Below are positions 54,901 through 64,000 of a stretch of 64,000 bases of DNA, in pieces. The translations under genes and the position numbers were made by a program. Each line of letters opens with the position of its first letter. Position 1 is the first letter of the stretch. The stretch is from Priapulus caudatus (lineage: Eukaryota), in assembly GCF_000485595.1 (NCBI RefSeq), contig NW_014577062.1, positions 950,012 through 1,014,011 on the forward strand, given 5' to 3'. The notes under the pieces are model-generated. The model ran no database searches. It saw only the letters and a list, made by a program, of their open reading frames with translations, and was not told the DNA's origin.

Positions 54901-57900
54901 GAGCAGGTAGGTGAGATCGAAGACGGCCAGCGCGGTCAGGTACGTGTAGGCCGAGTGCAGCCGCAGCTTGGTCATGCTGATGACGATCACCGTGAGCGAG
55001 TTGCAGACGATGCCGCCGAGCGAGATGACGGCGAACAGACTGTAGCAGACGCCCAGGACGACGTCATTGCCGTCTGCCGCCATGCTGGCCTCTGTAACCC
55101 GTTCGCCACCTCTGTCGGGGTTCGGCACCGAATATGTTTCTAAACGTCGGCGAACAGTGACGTTGCAAGTCGTGTACGTAGTAGAGGCTTTGCAGCGAAA
55201 GAGAGAGAGAGAGAGTGTGTGAGTGTGAGTGAGCTGTGCAAATATGTCCTCGCGATTTGATTGGTATTAATCATACAGCTCCGATAAACGTGCTCGCTTT
55301 CCCAGCCATTGTACGTCGCTCATTGTAATTAGTCACTTGCTGTCATCGACGCAATGAGTTTACTGCGCATATTGCGTCTTTTTGCTGGTACATCCGCGGC
55401 AACTGCACTCGCTCTCTGATCGTTGCGGCCTGTTATTAATTATTCACCAGTGAGAGTAGATAGCTATAGGCCCACCGGAGTTCCGCGTGTTTGTTTATGT
55501 TCAGATTACGATTTTGATAAATGCTCTTGCATGCATTCGTGTATGTATGTGTGTGGAGAGTACTTGTATGTGGGAGTACTTGTGCGCATGCGCGTTAGCA
55601 CGTGTCTGTCATTTCTGTTTTTTTAATAACCAGTGTTTACATAACAGCTACCTTTTTATTAGATAAGATATATGTCATTCAGCACGATATCATCATCAGG
55701 TATTATTAGCTCTTGATATCATGGTATACATGTGCAGGTAGAACTTACACATTAGGCGCACACTTTCCCCGGCGCTGTGTACCTCTCAATATATCACTTA
55801 TCTATATCACGTATCATACCTTTGCTAACCCAGTTGTTCAGACAAAAAACTAAATGAACGTTGCAATATGTTCCGTACGTTCTTCAGCACAACTTGAAGG
55901 GCGATGATGCTCTGTGTCAAGTTCCTACTCTAGGATGTTTACTCCGTGAGGATGTAATTCCTCCTCTAGGACAAAGTTTCTCCTCAAGGATGAATTTTCT
56001 CCTCTAAGACTATGTTTCTCCTCTAGGATAAAGTTTCTCCTCAAGAACGAAATTTCTCTTCTAGGAAAAAGGTTCTGCTCTAGGAGGAAGGAACCACATT
56101 TGACACGCAACTCTCTCGTGCATCCAATACTACGTGCCACGTCTCATGGCGTTCTTCTCTTGGATGAAGTTTCTTCTCTGCCATGACGTGCATCACTAAG
56201 TCCCGCGGCAGCCCGCACCCACGCCCACATCTTCACGATCATGGCGTTCCTCTCTTCGGATGAAGCTCTTCTTACTCTGCCATGACGTGTGCATCACCTA
56301 GCTCCCCGGGCCGACACCACCACGCACATCTCACGATCGATGGCGTTCCTCTCTTGGATGAAAGTTCTTCTCATGCCATGACGGTGTACGTGCATCGCCT
56401 AGCTCCTCCGCGCGCTCGACACCACACACCACAATCTCACGATCATGGCGTTCCTCTCTTGGATGCAAAGTTTCTTTCTCTGCCATGACGTGCTATCACC
56501 TAGCTCCACCGCGCGCCCGACACAACACGCGCCACATCTCACGATCATGCGCGTTCTTCTCTTGCATAAGTTTCTTCTCTGCCATGACGGTGCTAACGAT
56601 GCCATCGTCCTAAGCTCCCCCGCGCGTCCGACACGCACACACCAATCTCACGATCATGCGCGTTCCTCTCTTGGATGAAGTTTTCTCTCCTGCCATGACG
56701 TGTATACGGCAATACACCGTAGCTCCCGCGCCGTCGACATCCACAACCACATCTCACGATCATGGCGTTCCTCTCTTGCGATGAAAGTTTCTTCTCTCTA
56801 GCCATGACGGTGTAACGTGCCATCACCTACGCTCCCCTGCCCGCCCGACACCACACGCCACATCTCACGATCATGGCGTATCCTCTCTTCGATGAAGTTT
56901 TTCTCTCTGGCCATGTACGTGCACACCTACCTCCCTCTGCCCGTCCCGACACACACGCCCACATCTCAGCGATCATGGCGTTCCTACCTTGGATGAATTT
57001 CTTCTCTGCCCATGACGTGCCATCACTAGCTTCCCTGCCGCCCACACCACACGCCACATCTCACATCATGGCGTTCCTCTCTTGATGAAGTTTTTCTCTG
57101 CCATGACGGTGTAACGTGCATCACCTAGCTTCCCGCGCGTCCGACACCACACACGTACATCCACGATCATGGCGGTCCTCTCTTGGATGAAGTTTCTTCT
57201 CTGCCCATGACGTGCATCACCTAGCTCCCCCGCGCGCCCGACACCACACCCAACATTCACGATCATGGGCGTTCCTCTCTTGGATGAAGTTTCTTCTCTG
57301 CCATGACGTGTAACGTGCATCACCTAGCCCCCGCGCGCCCGACACCACACGCCACATCTCACGATCATGGCGTTCTTCTCTGGGATGAAGTTTCTTCTCT
57401 GCCATGACGTGCATCACCTAGCTCCCCTGCCCGCCCGACACCACACGCCACATCTCACGATCATGGCGTTCCTCTCTGGGATGAAGTTTCTTCTCTGCCA
57501 TGACGGTGTAACGTGCATCACCTAGCTCCCCTGCCCGCCCGACACCACACGCCACATCTCACGATCATGGCGTTCCTCTCTGGATGCAACTTTCTTCTCT
57601 GCCATGACGTGCATCACCTAGCTCCCCCGCGCGCCCGACACCACACGCCACATCTCACGATCATGGCGTTCTCCTCTGGGATGAAGTTTCTTCTCCATGA
57701 CGGTGTAACGTGCCATCACTAGCTCCCCCGCGCGTCCGACACCACACACCACATCTCACGATCATGGCGTTCCTCTCTGGGATGAAGTTTCTTCTCTCCC
57801 ATGACGGTGTAACGTGCATCACCTAGTTCCCCCGCGCGTCCGACACCACACGCCACATCTCACGATCATGGCGTTCCTCTCTTGGATGAAGTTTCTTCTC

Positions 57901-59327
57901 TCGCATGACGGTGCCACATGCGTCACATTATTAACTTATTAACTGCCCCTTGCGTCGGACACCACGCGGATCATCTCATAGCGCTCCCCTCTCGTTGAAG
58001 TTTCTTTCTCTCGCATGACGGGGCGTCACCTTATTAACTTATTAACTGCCCCGCGCGTCCGACACCACGCGGCTCATCTTGCGTCGGCTAGGGCGACCAG
58101 CTTGAGCAGCTGCGCCATGAAGTTTGCGGTTAGCAGGCAGTAGATGAGAAGCTTCGTCGACGCGCCGACGACCTCGGCGAGTTCCACAGCGCGACCATGA
58201 TGAGTAGAGCTCGCTGCCGTCGCCACAAGCGTCGCCGGGTTCATGACGAGCGCGGTGTTGACGAGCGGCGCTCACGCCGGGCCACCATCTGCGTGAGAGC
58301 GACGCCGACACGACGACGAGCAGCATCGCCGTCAGGCGGCGCTCGTTGTACGCCGGCGCGCGCCGACGCGACGCGCCGCGCCTCGGCGTGCACTCGCTGC
58401 GAGCGCGCGGAAGCGCGCCAGCAGCAGGCCGCTGAAGAGCGCCGTCGCGCACACACGGCAGCACGTGCACGAGCGCCGTGCGCGCAAACGTGTAGCCGAC
58501 GTAGCCGTGGCTGCACGCGAACTCCGTGTGCATGTAGATTGCCGCTGCACATCGCCGCCGCGTCGTCGCTGGCGTTCGCCGGCGGCAGCAGCTGGCGGCT
58601 GTCGTCTCGCTGTCCGGGTACGTGCAGATGAAGTTGAAGGGCACGTGGGAAGACGACGGCGACGCAGCGTCAGCCACGCCGACGACGGCCGCCGCCGACC
58701 GGCGCCGACACCAGAGCTTGGCGCGGAACGGAAGCGCGTGAACACGTAGCGCTCGACGGTGACGGCCGTCACGGTCCAGATGCTGAGCCGCGAGCGCGTT
58801 ATTCAGCATCATTCATCACGCGGCACTCGTACGTCACCTGCACGCGCGTCGGCAGGGCTTCACCCGCGCGTGCAGCGCAGCACGTGTTGAGCAGCATCGG
58901 CGCGGTCGGTGGCGAGAAGAGCCTGTCAGGCGGCCAGCGCCAGCAGGTAGATGTAGGAGGAGCGCGCCGTGAGCTTCGACGCGACGAGCACGACCATCGT
59001 CAGGCAGTTGCCGACGAAGCGAGCGTGGCGAAGATGAACACGTCGAGTAGATGCCCACGGACTCTCGCCTGCCCGAGATCCAAGCCTCGCCATCGCCAGC
59101 GGCAGCGGCAGCGACACCTGCCGTTCACCAGCGTCGACGCCAGCCTCACACGAGAGGGCGTCGCGAGCGAAAATGTCGTCAGCAAAGACGCTCACGCAGC
59201 CGCGTCTCGGGAGAAGAGAGAGAGAGAGAGAGAGAGAAGAGAGAGACGGAAGAGAGTGAGAGAGAGAGAGGAAGAGAGTGAGAGTGAGAGTGAGAGTGAG
59301 AGCAGAGAGAGAGAGAGAGAGGAGAGA

Positions 59328-59372
<45 letters not shown>

Positions 59373-62300
59373 GAGAGTGAGAGAGAGTTGGCCGCTAATA
59401 CGCGCGATCTCGCAGTCGCTTGGCAGCTAATCCTTAGCGCTCAGCTGGAATCGCTGCGCATAGCTTCACACGTACCGTCTCGTACGTACGCACGTACACA
59501 CGTGTCACCGACTCGTGTTTGATAATAGCTGCTTGATTGCTGGTGTGTGTGCGCCGTCGATCAAAGTAAGCTAACTGCGCTGATCATGTCACCTTGCTGC
59601 GAGTTGCCGCGTCTGCATTGACAAGTCGATGCGGAAAAAGTGGCCTGTACAGCAAACACGCCACACCGCCGACTCTATTCGTGTCTGTTGGCGTAAAATA
59701 GGAGGAGAGCTAAGGGACGTAGGGTTACCAGCCGTGTATTAGCTAATTAAGTAGCAGTTTGGAATCTAGTAGCTGTTTGCTGTTGCTTTATATAGACTCG
59801 AGGCGTTAGTCACAGTCAAGTGCTCGCCTGACCATGTACATTCTCAAGAAGGTGTGTGACCCGATTATTTCATTAATATACAAAATTAGCCGTGAGGCAG
59901 TATTGCCTACTTTACCTACTTCTGACTGCTGTCGCAGCACTGCCGAATATCGTCGCTTATTGGCTGTGTCGACCCTTGACAGCTGTCACTTGTCATTCGT
60001 AGCAACCTCGGCATGACTGCGCTGCAATCAGGTCGTCGAGAGCTGCGGCCATCTTGAATGTATGCACTGCACCATCACGTCGTATACAACTATTTATTGC
60101 CATAAATAAGTGACAGCGCGGGATGAATCTAATTTCCCATCCATATGGCAGATTTACGTAAATGTTTCGCTACGTTTATTGCGAGGAAATCATGTTATAC
60201 GTCATTGTTCGTCGCATCTATTGATATTAAAATTTAAATCATTCGTACATACACACAGCTGCTGTTAAATATAAGAACACGTAGTGCATACGATGAACAC
60301 GTGCCTTGTCAATAACAATCACACTAACCCAATGGCAGTGATGTCCGTGTGTCAGTACAGCATATATGTCGTGTTCTTACTCTGACTGCACATATACGTG
60401 TGTCAGTGCAGCACAGATGTCATGTTCTTGCTCTGACTGGCCATGTACGTGTGTCAGTGCAACACAGGTGACATGTTCTGACTCTGACTATTCCTGTGCG
60501 TGTGTCAGTGCAACATAGATGGATTGTTCTTACTTTCACTGCCCATGTCCGTGTGTCAGTGCTTTGTCAGAAACAAAGCCTAGTCTTAACATTGACTTTT
60601 TCTCGTAGAACGGACCTGTATACACTACGTATGAGAAATGAAGTAACGTGACTTTTTCGTCGACGGAGAAAAATGTAATGTTAAGACTAATGTTCCGACC
60701 ACTTGTGTTTCCCACAACGGCTCTATGGTTCACACAGTCTAGAGTGCGTTTTGTTAGATGGTAACAGCTCGCTCTAGGGCTCTCCCGTCGCTCCTGCCCT
60801 CCCCGCGTGCCACCGGGCCCGACACCTGCGTCGTCGCCGTCGTCGGCAGCCGTTGCGTCAGCTCCCTGGTCGTCGGCTGTGAGCCGCCGTCGCACAGCGG
60901 CGACGTGCGCGCTCTGGGCGGGCAGCCGCACAGCGCGGCGGCCTCGCGCACGAAGTTGCGGTTCAGCAGGCAGTAGACGAAGAAGTTGAGGCAGGCGCGC
61001 GTCGTGTCGGTCGCGTTCTCGACGAGCACGAGCACGCCGTACGTCGTCGACGCGTAGAAGGCCGGGTCGCCGCCGCCGAACAGCGTCAGCGCGCTCACGT
61101 CGGCCGTCAGCGCCGCCGTCACGTCGAGCAGCAGCGACTCGCACGTCGTCGCCACCAGCGTCAGCGTCAGCCGCCTGTCGCCCTGCTGTGCGGCGACGTT
61201 GCCGCTGCGTCGGCGGCTGGCGCGCAACGAGCGCACGAGCAGGAAGTTGAAGACGACGATGACGAACCAGGGGAGCAGCTGGACGAGCGCGACTCGCGCC
61301 CACTGGTAGGCGACGTATGCGGGCGTCGCGCGCACCGCCGCGTAGTCGACGCGGTTGCACGCCGGCGCGGCGACGACGACGACCTCGCGCACGAAGAAGT
61401 AGGGCACGTGCAGCAGCAGACAGATGGCGCTCTCGGCGGCGAGCACGCGGCAGGCGACGCGCGGTCGGCAGTAGCGCATCGAGGCGGCGACGTAATGCGT
61501 GAAGGTGAACCGCTCGACGGTCATCGTCGCCATGATCCAGATGCCGAGCGCCGTGCATGCGTTGCCGAGCGGGTAGAACAGGTACGCCTCGAAGACGGCC
61601 TGCGCTCGCGTCTGACAACCGTCGCCGCTGCCTCCATCAGCAGCAGCTTGGGCGCGCAGGGCGGCGACGGGCAGTATGAAGACGAGTACGAGCAGGTCGG
61701 AGGTGGCAAGCGCCGACATGTAGGTGTAGGGCGAGCAGCGGCGCAGGTTGGCGCGCGACACGAGCACGAGCAGCGTGAACGCGTTGCAGACGATGCCGAG
61801 CGAGCACAGCGCCGCGATGGCGACGTAGACGACGCGCTGCGCCGCGCGTAACCCGTCGTCGGTGTCGGCAGCCATCATGCAGAGAGCAGGTCGTCGCTCA
61901 CGCCGACTACTCACGGACAGCGGAGACTGTCGCCGTGAAGCTGTGTCAGTGACAGGTCGGTGGACAGGTCACGTCGCGTGCTCTGAACAGGTGGCGTCTG
62001 CTTCGTGCACCCTGTGTGGTCTGTTCGACAGGTCTAATGGAAAAAATGATATTGCTCCGTCCTATATAGTCCTATATAATATGGAGAATATATATGATAT
62101 CAGTTATTTAATGGTATCTCGTTAACATTACTATACTATAGGTGTACAGTATATGATATTATGTATTAAACGTGCGTAGAACGTTAGCAATTAAAATGTA
62201 CGAGATTTAGATCAGGAGGCTGTTGTCAGAAACATCGTAAAGTGCTAATGTTAATGCTAAGACTATAATGCAAAGCCTAATTTTGTTTCTGGCGACGGGG

Positions 62301-63715
62301 CCCCTGGGGTACATAATTAGACTCGTCTTGTGTGCTCCTGCAGCTACAACTCACCGTCGCTTCTCGTCGTCCTGGTTGCTTTCATTTACTCGTCGCTGCA
62401 ATTGCTATATATAGTTTTCTCTGTCACATGAGATGATAAATAACCCGATTGGCGTGCACGAAAATGACAGCAGTTTGACAGCAGTTGATGATAAAGCATT
62501 CCATACTGGCTCTAATTCAAATGTGCGACGACCTGCCTCCATTTCGCTCACGTGATACGCTATGTGGTTTATGTCGCTCGTTCGAGCCACTTGTGCTATA
62601 TCACATTAACACTCGGAATGCTGATGCTAGTACGATAACACGTAATTAAAAGTGAGATTTGCATATTTCTCTGCTCGGGTAGATGCGCAGAAATCTGCTA
62701 GATCGAGAAGCCAGTTACGGAGTCCAAAGAGCATGCAATTCTCGTCGCCCCAGAAGAGCTTGTAAACACGAGTGTTAGTTTGGCAGGTTTAGGCGTGATT
62801 GCTTGCTTAGCGACGATGCGATTCGTACGGAAGAATGTTATTGGTGATGCGATAGTAGTGGTTATGGTGGGGATAATGTACGACACACGCGCACGCGCAC
62901 GCACACACGCACGCATTCACATTTATTTATTTATTCACGTATGTGCTTAGTAAGGTTTCTCGCTTTCACTTATCCTGTTGTACAGGAAAAATTTATATTC
63001 CATGTATTCAGGTATATATATGTTTGTCTCTGTCTGTCTCTTCTTCCTCTCTCTGCCTGTTTGTAATTAAATCACACACACTATCTCTTCTTCTATACTA
63101 ACCCATACCATCGCTCTCTTCCTTCACCACTCTCTTCTTCTACAGCATTTTCCACTGCTCCTACTCTGTATAGCTGCTTTAATCATATCGGTGCACTCTG
63201 TGTTGTAGATTTCCTTGCTGTGGCAAGTGTTACCCATGCGACGTGTGTCACGAGGAGAAAGAAGATGGCCACGAGATGAAGTTTGCATCCAGAATGATTT
63301 GCGGATACTGCTGCAAGGAGCAGGTACGACAATATATCGTACGCTTCGCAGTACTCGTTGGTCGTACTGCACCGAATTCTGGCAGAGAGTGCCAATGTGT
63401 AGCAGTGTGACAATGTGACGTCACATTGATTAATCAAATTGATTACGACTCGTCATCGAATTGTCAAACGCCCTACACACTATGTCACTTATAATTATTT
63501 GAGCGTGGTGTTTCGATGGGTGGCGTCATGGAAGTTTCGAGTTTTTGATTAATATGTCTAAATGTGATCAAGACGATGTTTAACCGCGTGGCATTTCCTT
63601 TGCAGGCGTATTCGCGTGATAAGCCGTGCGTGGCGTGCAAAGGCGCGGTGACTAAGCACACTGGTATCTACTGGGAGGGAGGCAAAGGCTGCAGAGACAA
63701 GGTCAAGATGAGCAG
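39994..63715 (+). CDS. CCCH zinc-finger + C-terminal CHY-type zinc-finger protein (S. pombe C18H10.09-like family); 3'-partial
   Basis: Phase-consistent exons: 39994-40018, 40378-41303 (three C-x7-C-x5-C-x3-H fingers), 41681-41830, 42008-42067 (P.DYP, RWD-like), 43209-43273, 43553-43697, 43994-44242, 44739-44875, 45275-45528, 45818-45928, 48144-48273 (GQPLPDNGTCKHYKKSFRWLR), 63209-63323 (FPCCGKCYPCDVCH...MICGYCCKEQ), 63606-63715 (YWEGGKGCRDKVKMS). The CHY motif is split by a 14.9-kb intron. Confidence 0.85.
42249..43078. mobile_element. Palindromic long-TIR MITE inserted in (TA)n
   Basis: Termini caggagtagataataaggaaggag...ctcctttccttatttatctatcctg, with inverted arms running most of the length. 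Confidence 0.7.
44346..44703. mobile_element. hAT-like MITE (cagggtgcgaaattaa...ttaatttctacccctg)
   Basis: Imperfect TIRs; a partial copy of the same family lies at 24369-24570. Confidence 0.65.
46615..47670 (-). CDS. Intronless class A GPCR, FMRFamide/peptide receptor-like (GPCR-A), nested antisense in an intron
   Basis: Seven hydrophobic helices with GNCLT, YLLALAAID, TVERY, FPFRAK, HVLPW, RLTAMLL and NFLIYCLLNRNF. First ATG at 47670. Confidence 0.9.
   Translation of the reverse strand: MAEAWISGRREYVGIYSTLFIFATLGFVGNCLTMVVLVASKLTARSSYIYLLALAAIDGLFLATTAPMLLNTVLLHARVKPCPTRVQVTYECRVMMMLNNALAALSIWTVTAVTVERYVFTRFPFRAKLWCRRRSAAAVVGVLTLVAVVFHVPFNFICTYPDSETTAASCCPPANASDDAAAMCSGIYMHTEFACSHGYVGYTFARTALVHVLPWCATALFSGLLLARFRRSQRVHAEARSVASAPPTAYNERRLTAMLLVVVSASLFTQMVAGVSALVNTALVMNPATLCDGSELYLIMVALWNSAEVVGASTNFLIYCLLNRNFMAQLLKLVAISRRKMSRVVSDARGS
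49236..50372 (-). CDS. Intronless class A GPCR, FMRFamide/peptide receptor-like (GPCR-B)
   Basis: 378 aa, 7TM; CNGLT, YLTGLALSD, AERY, HTPFY, RLTVML, NFFLYCLLNRNF. Confidence 0.92.
   Translation of the reverse strand: MAAASGERGNDPASSGGATVLSPESVIVYSVIAVLCVFGLVCNGLTATVLLRSAKLRRVSSYAYLTGLALSDAAYCVVMLPTSVGRALAYSGHCMGRWYASLFAYVTMPFGNAIAGFSILLVTIVAAERYAFTQFPVTSRPYCTPAVAWAIMAATAAATLVFHTPFYLMRVPAAATTDAGECFIANHTTFVMTCAYERYRWSRVVLMQAAPLLALVVFNSLLLANVRRSKKTGGATRRSDVRLTVMLIAVVFESLLFNMASAVTNHGIGVSNDQLRNTLTLVENMCETLGTCANFFLYCLLNRNFMSALRPYCGCTRAATPLQSESQQQRSVAAIAVRSPSGGDDVRSRPTVNVQLSTPLPTARPMLNCPASNQVMPS
51160..52010. repeat. (CCTG)n-like tract followed by a (GT)n microsatellite
   Basis: Degenerate CCTG repeats at 51160-51720 and GT repeats at 51785-52010. 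Confidence 0.9.
52285..52595. repeat. ccccggaca(a/t)tt-type subterminal repeats, probable MITE remnant
   Basis: About ten degenerate copies of cccccggacaattt. Confidence 0.5.
53929..55083 (-). CDS. Intronless class A GPCR, FMRFamide/peptide receptor-like (GPCR-C)
   Basis: 7TM; CNSLT, YLTALAVFD, AVERY, HVPYFF, RLTAML, NFFVYVALNRNF. First ATG at 55083. Confidence 0.92.
   Translation of the reverse strand: MAADGNDVVLGVCYSLFAVISLGGIVCNSLTVIVISMTKLRLHSAYTYLTALAVFDLTYLLIIFLVHADKAATHVGLLDASCKRRAMVVYLVYVALPMANTFVGLATWTTTTVAVERYAYVKYPVACKAYCTPGVARRVLAVLVAAGIALHVPYFFMFEVGEGESQSNCSAGCYEFLYTAFTDSDNYIIYRWTRVALFQALPIATIAVFSALLVCSVRRLGRVGVPPPGGVATPASPRRRSRDAENRLTAMLAAIVVESLVFYTIMALTAHGQSRVVFGGGADDFYTTPASEYVAMANNGCETLNACLNFFVYVALNRNFAQHLRNVCGACGGGGGADGTVVPVSDTVVVATVRADSGTRNSLSSQHDSHDDEQADTRGNVIVH
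55925..56092. repeat. 19-bp minisatellite (tttctcctctaggataaag)
   Basis: About eight degenerate units. Confidence 0.75.
56135..57910. repeat. 96/104-bp tandem array related to the 3' end of the adjacent GPCR
   Basis: About 17-18 units of cctagctcccc..cgcgcgcccgacaccacacgccacatctcacgatcatggcgttcctctcttggatgaagtttcttctctgccatgac(ggtgtaac)gtgcatca. Unit starts at 57417, 57521 and 57617 give lengths of 104 and 96 bp. Confidence 0.92.
58042..59093 (-). pseudogene. Frameshifted near-identical copy of GPCR-A (pseudogene or uncorrected long-read sequence)
   Basis: 57892-59161 matches 46465-47737, with many 1-3-bp indels and few substitutions. Confidence 0.7.
60340..60562. repeat. 51-bp minisatellite downstream of GPCR-D
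   Basis: gtgtgtcagt recurs at 60347, 60398, 60449, 60500 and 60551. Confidence 0.85.
60754..61878 (-). CDS. Intronless class A GPCR, FMRFamide/peptide receptor-like (GPCR-D)
   Basis: 7TM; CNAFT, YMSALATSD, TVERF, HVPYFF, QLLPW, NFFVYCLLNRNF. ATG at 61878 or 61875. Confidence 0.92.
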   Translation of the reverse strand: MMAADTDDGLRAAQRVVYVAIAALCSLGIVCNAFTLLVLVSRANLRRCSPYTYMSALATSDLLVLVFILPVAALRAQAAADGGSGDGCQTRAQAVFEAYLFYPLGNACTALGIWIMATMTVERFTFTHYVAASMRYCRPRVACRVLAAESAICLLLHVPYFFVREVVVVAAPACNRVDYAAVRATPAYVAYQWARVALVQLLPWFVIVVFNFLLVRSLRASRRRSGNVAAQQGDRRLTLTLVATTCESLLLDVTAALTADVSALTLFGGGDPAFYASTTYGVLVLVENATDTTRACLNFFVYCLLNRNFVREAAALCGCPPRARTSPLCDGGSQPTTRELTQRLPTTATTQVSGPVARGEGRSDGRALERAVTI

Positions 63716-64000
63716 GTCAGATTTTCTTCAGCTTCATCTAATTTAGCAGCATTAGCAGTCTTCCAGACTAATGAATAAACGTTTTCGCTGAGACTCACAG
63801 TTGTCCCCTTAATTATGATTCAATGAACTATAATTGGTTAATTCATATAATATTACATAATTCATTAATTAATATTAAGTCGATCATATTCCGGTACACA
63901 GAATCGGCTTCTAGCACGGTGTACACGATTTAACAAGATGTTAATCAGATCGTGGTGGACATGCCTGGTCACACTAAAATAATTGTGCATGCATGTTCAG

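Noticed and set aside
46588..55143. Long plus-strand ORFs (46588-47739, 49251-50312, 53932-55143) and alternative-frame Arg-rich ORFs such as 60536-61618
   Set aside because: Shadow ORFs of high-GC3 GPCR genes, with no recognisable domains.
56135..57910. CRISPR-like periodicity
   Set aside because: Whole units repeat with no unique spacers, there are no cas genes, and the context is eukaryotic.
46615..61878. Bacterial contamination or horizontal transfer suggested by the high GC
   Set aside because: The proteins are animal class A GPCRs, contiguous with typical host microsatellites and introns.

Overview
Eukaryotic, intron-rich genomic DNA from an animal, probably an invertebrate; the species cannot be determined from the sequence. 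It is a draft assembly with two 25-N gaps and some indel-rich stretches that look like raw long reads. From left to right the window holds: (1) the first coding exon of NBAS (minus strand), head-to-head with a complete ~26-exon TTC37/SKIC3 gene (plus strand, 1310-18210) whose 8-kb first intron is a stack of nested MITEs; (2) MRPS27 (minus, convergent with TTC37, first exon not found); (3) the selenoprotein gene SELENOF/Sep15 (minus), with an in-frame TGA in CGUKLG, exons in the order 1-3-2, and two degraded inverted copies of exon 2 in a rearranged zone at ~24-37.8 kb; (4) a CCCH + CHY zinc-finger gene (plus, 39994 to beyond 63715), head-to-head with SELENOF. Its last large introns carry five antisense, intronless, very GC/CpG-rich rhodopsin-class GPCR sequences resembling FMRFamide/peptide receptors; one is a frameshifted twin of another. 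The most unusual structure is a ~1.8-kb 96/104-bp tandem array that appears to be an amplification of one GPCR's C-terminal codons and stop region, with each clean unit forming a 27-codon ATG-to-TAG mini-ORF. Exon coordinates were read by eye, and gene names rest on recalled similarity to human or fungal proteins, not on database searches.
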